Assembly: GCA_965644265.1 (NCBI GenBank)
Contig: OZ286469.1
Span: forward strand, 46,252,001 to 46,316,000
Source: Glycera tridactyla
Taxonomy: Eukaryota
Reading direction: 5' to 3'
DNA: 64,000 nt
Below the pieces are notes generated by a model. The model was not told the origin of the DNA. It saw only the letters and a list, made by a program, of their open reading frames with translations, and made no database searches. Every line of letters begins with the position of its first letter. The stretch's first letter is position 1. Positions 63,940 to 64,000 of this stretch are shown one piece after another. A program made the position numbers and the translations under genes.

Positions 63940-64000
63940 GTAAGTCAGTCTCGAGTGGTTATTGAACGTAGCCCTAAGGCGTAGTTCGATTGAGATCCTG

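Overview
Repeat-rich eukaryotic (animal, probably invertebrate) genomic scaffold with nine N-gaps; there is no prokaryotic-type gene organisation. Host genes, all on the + strand: (1) the last three coding exons of an STK32/YANK-family kinase (417-3083); (2) two tandem paralogous genes for a small two-helix hairpin membrane protein. Gene A has exons 34281-34630, 41986-42109 and 46162-46335 and a Pro-rich tail carrying PPxY and NPxY motifs. Gene B has exons 60996-61314 and 63816-63939 and runs off the window. The paralogy is supported by identical splice phases, an identical 124-bp exon and an ungapped protein alignment. The main structure is a 13.1-kb nested transposon complex (14908-28037): a decayed Academ(X)-type DNA transposon with 16-bp perfect terminal inverted repeats and a TCA target duplication. 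It hosts (a) a ~7.1-kb CR1/L2-group LINE with an unusual three-ORF layout (ORF1, a stand-alone SGNH hydrolase ORF, and APE-RT ORF2 broken by one homopolymer frameshift), (b) a 5'-truncated second LINE and (c) a hAT-type non-autonomous element with an 8-bp TSD. The rest is MITEs, SINE/LINE remnants, Helentron-like elements, minisatellites and microsatellites. Family names come from motif recognition by eye, not from database searches. Boundaries of decayed repeats are approximate.
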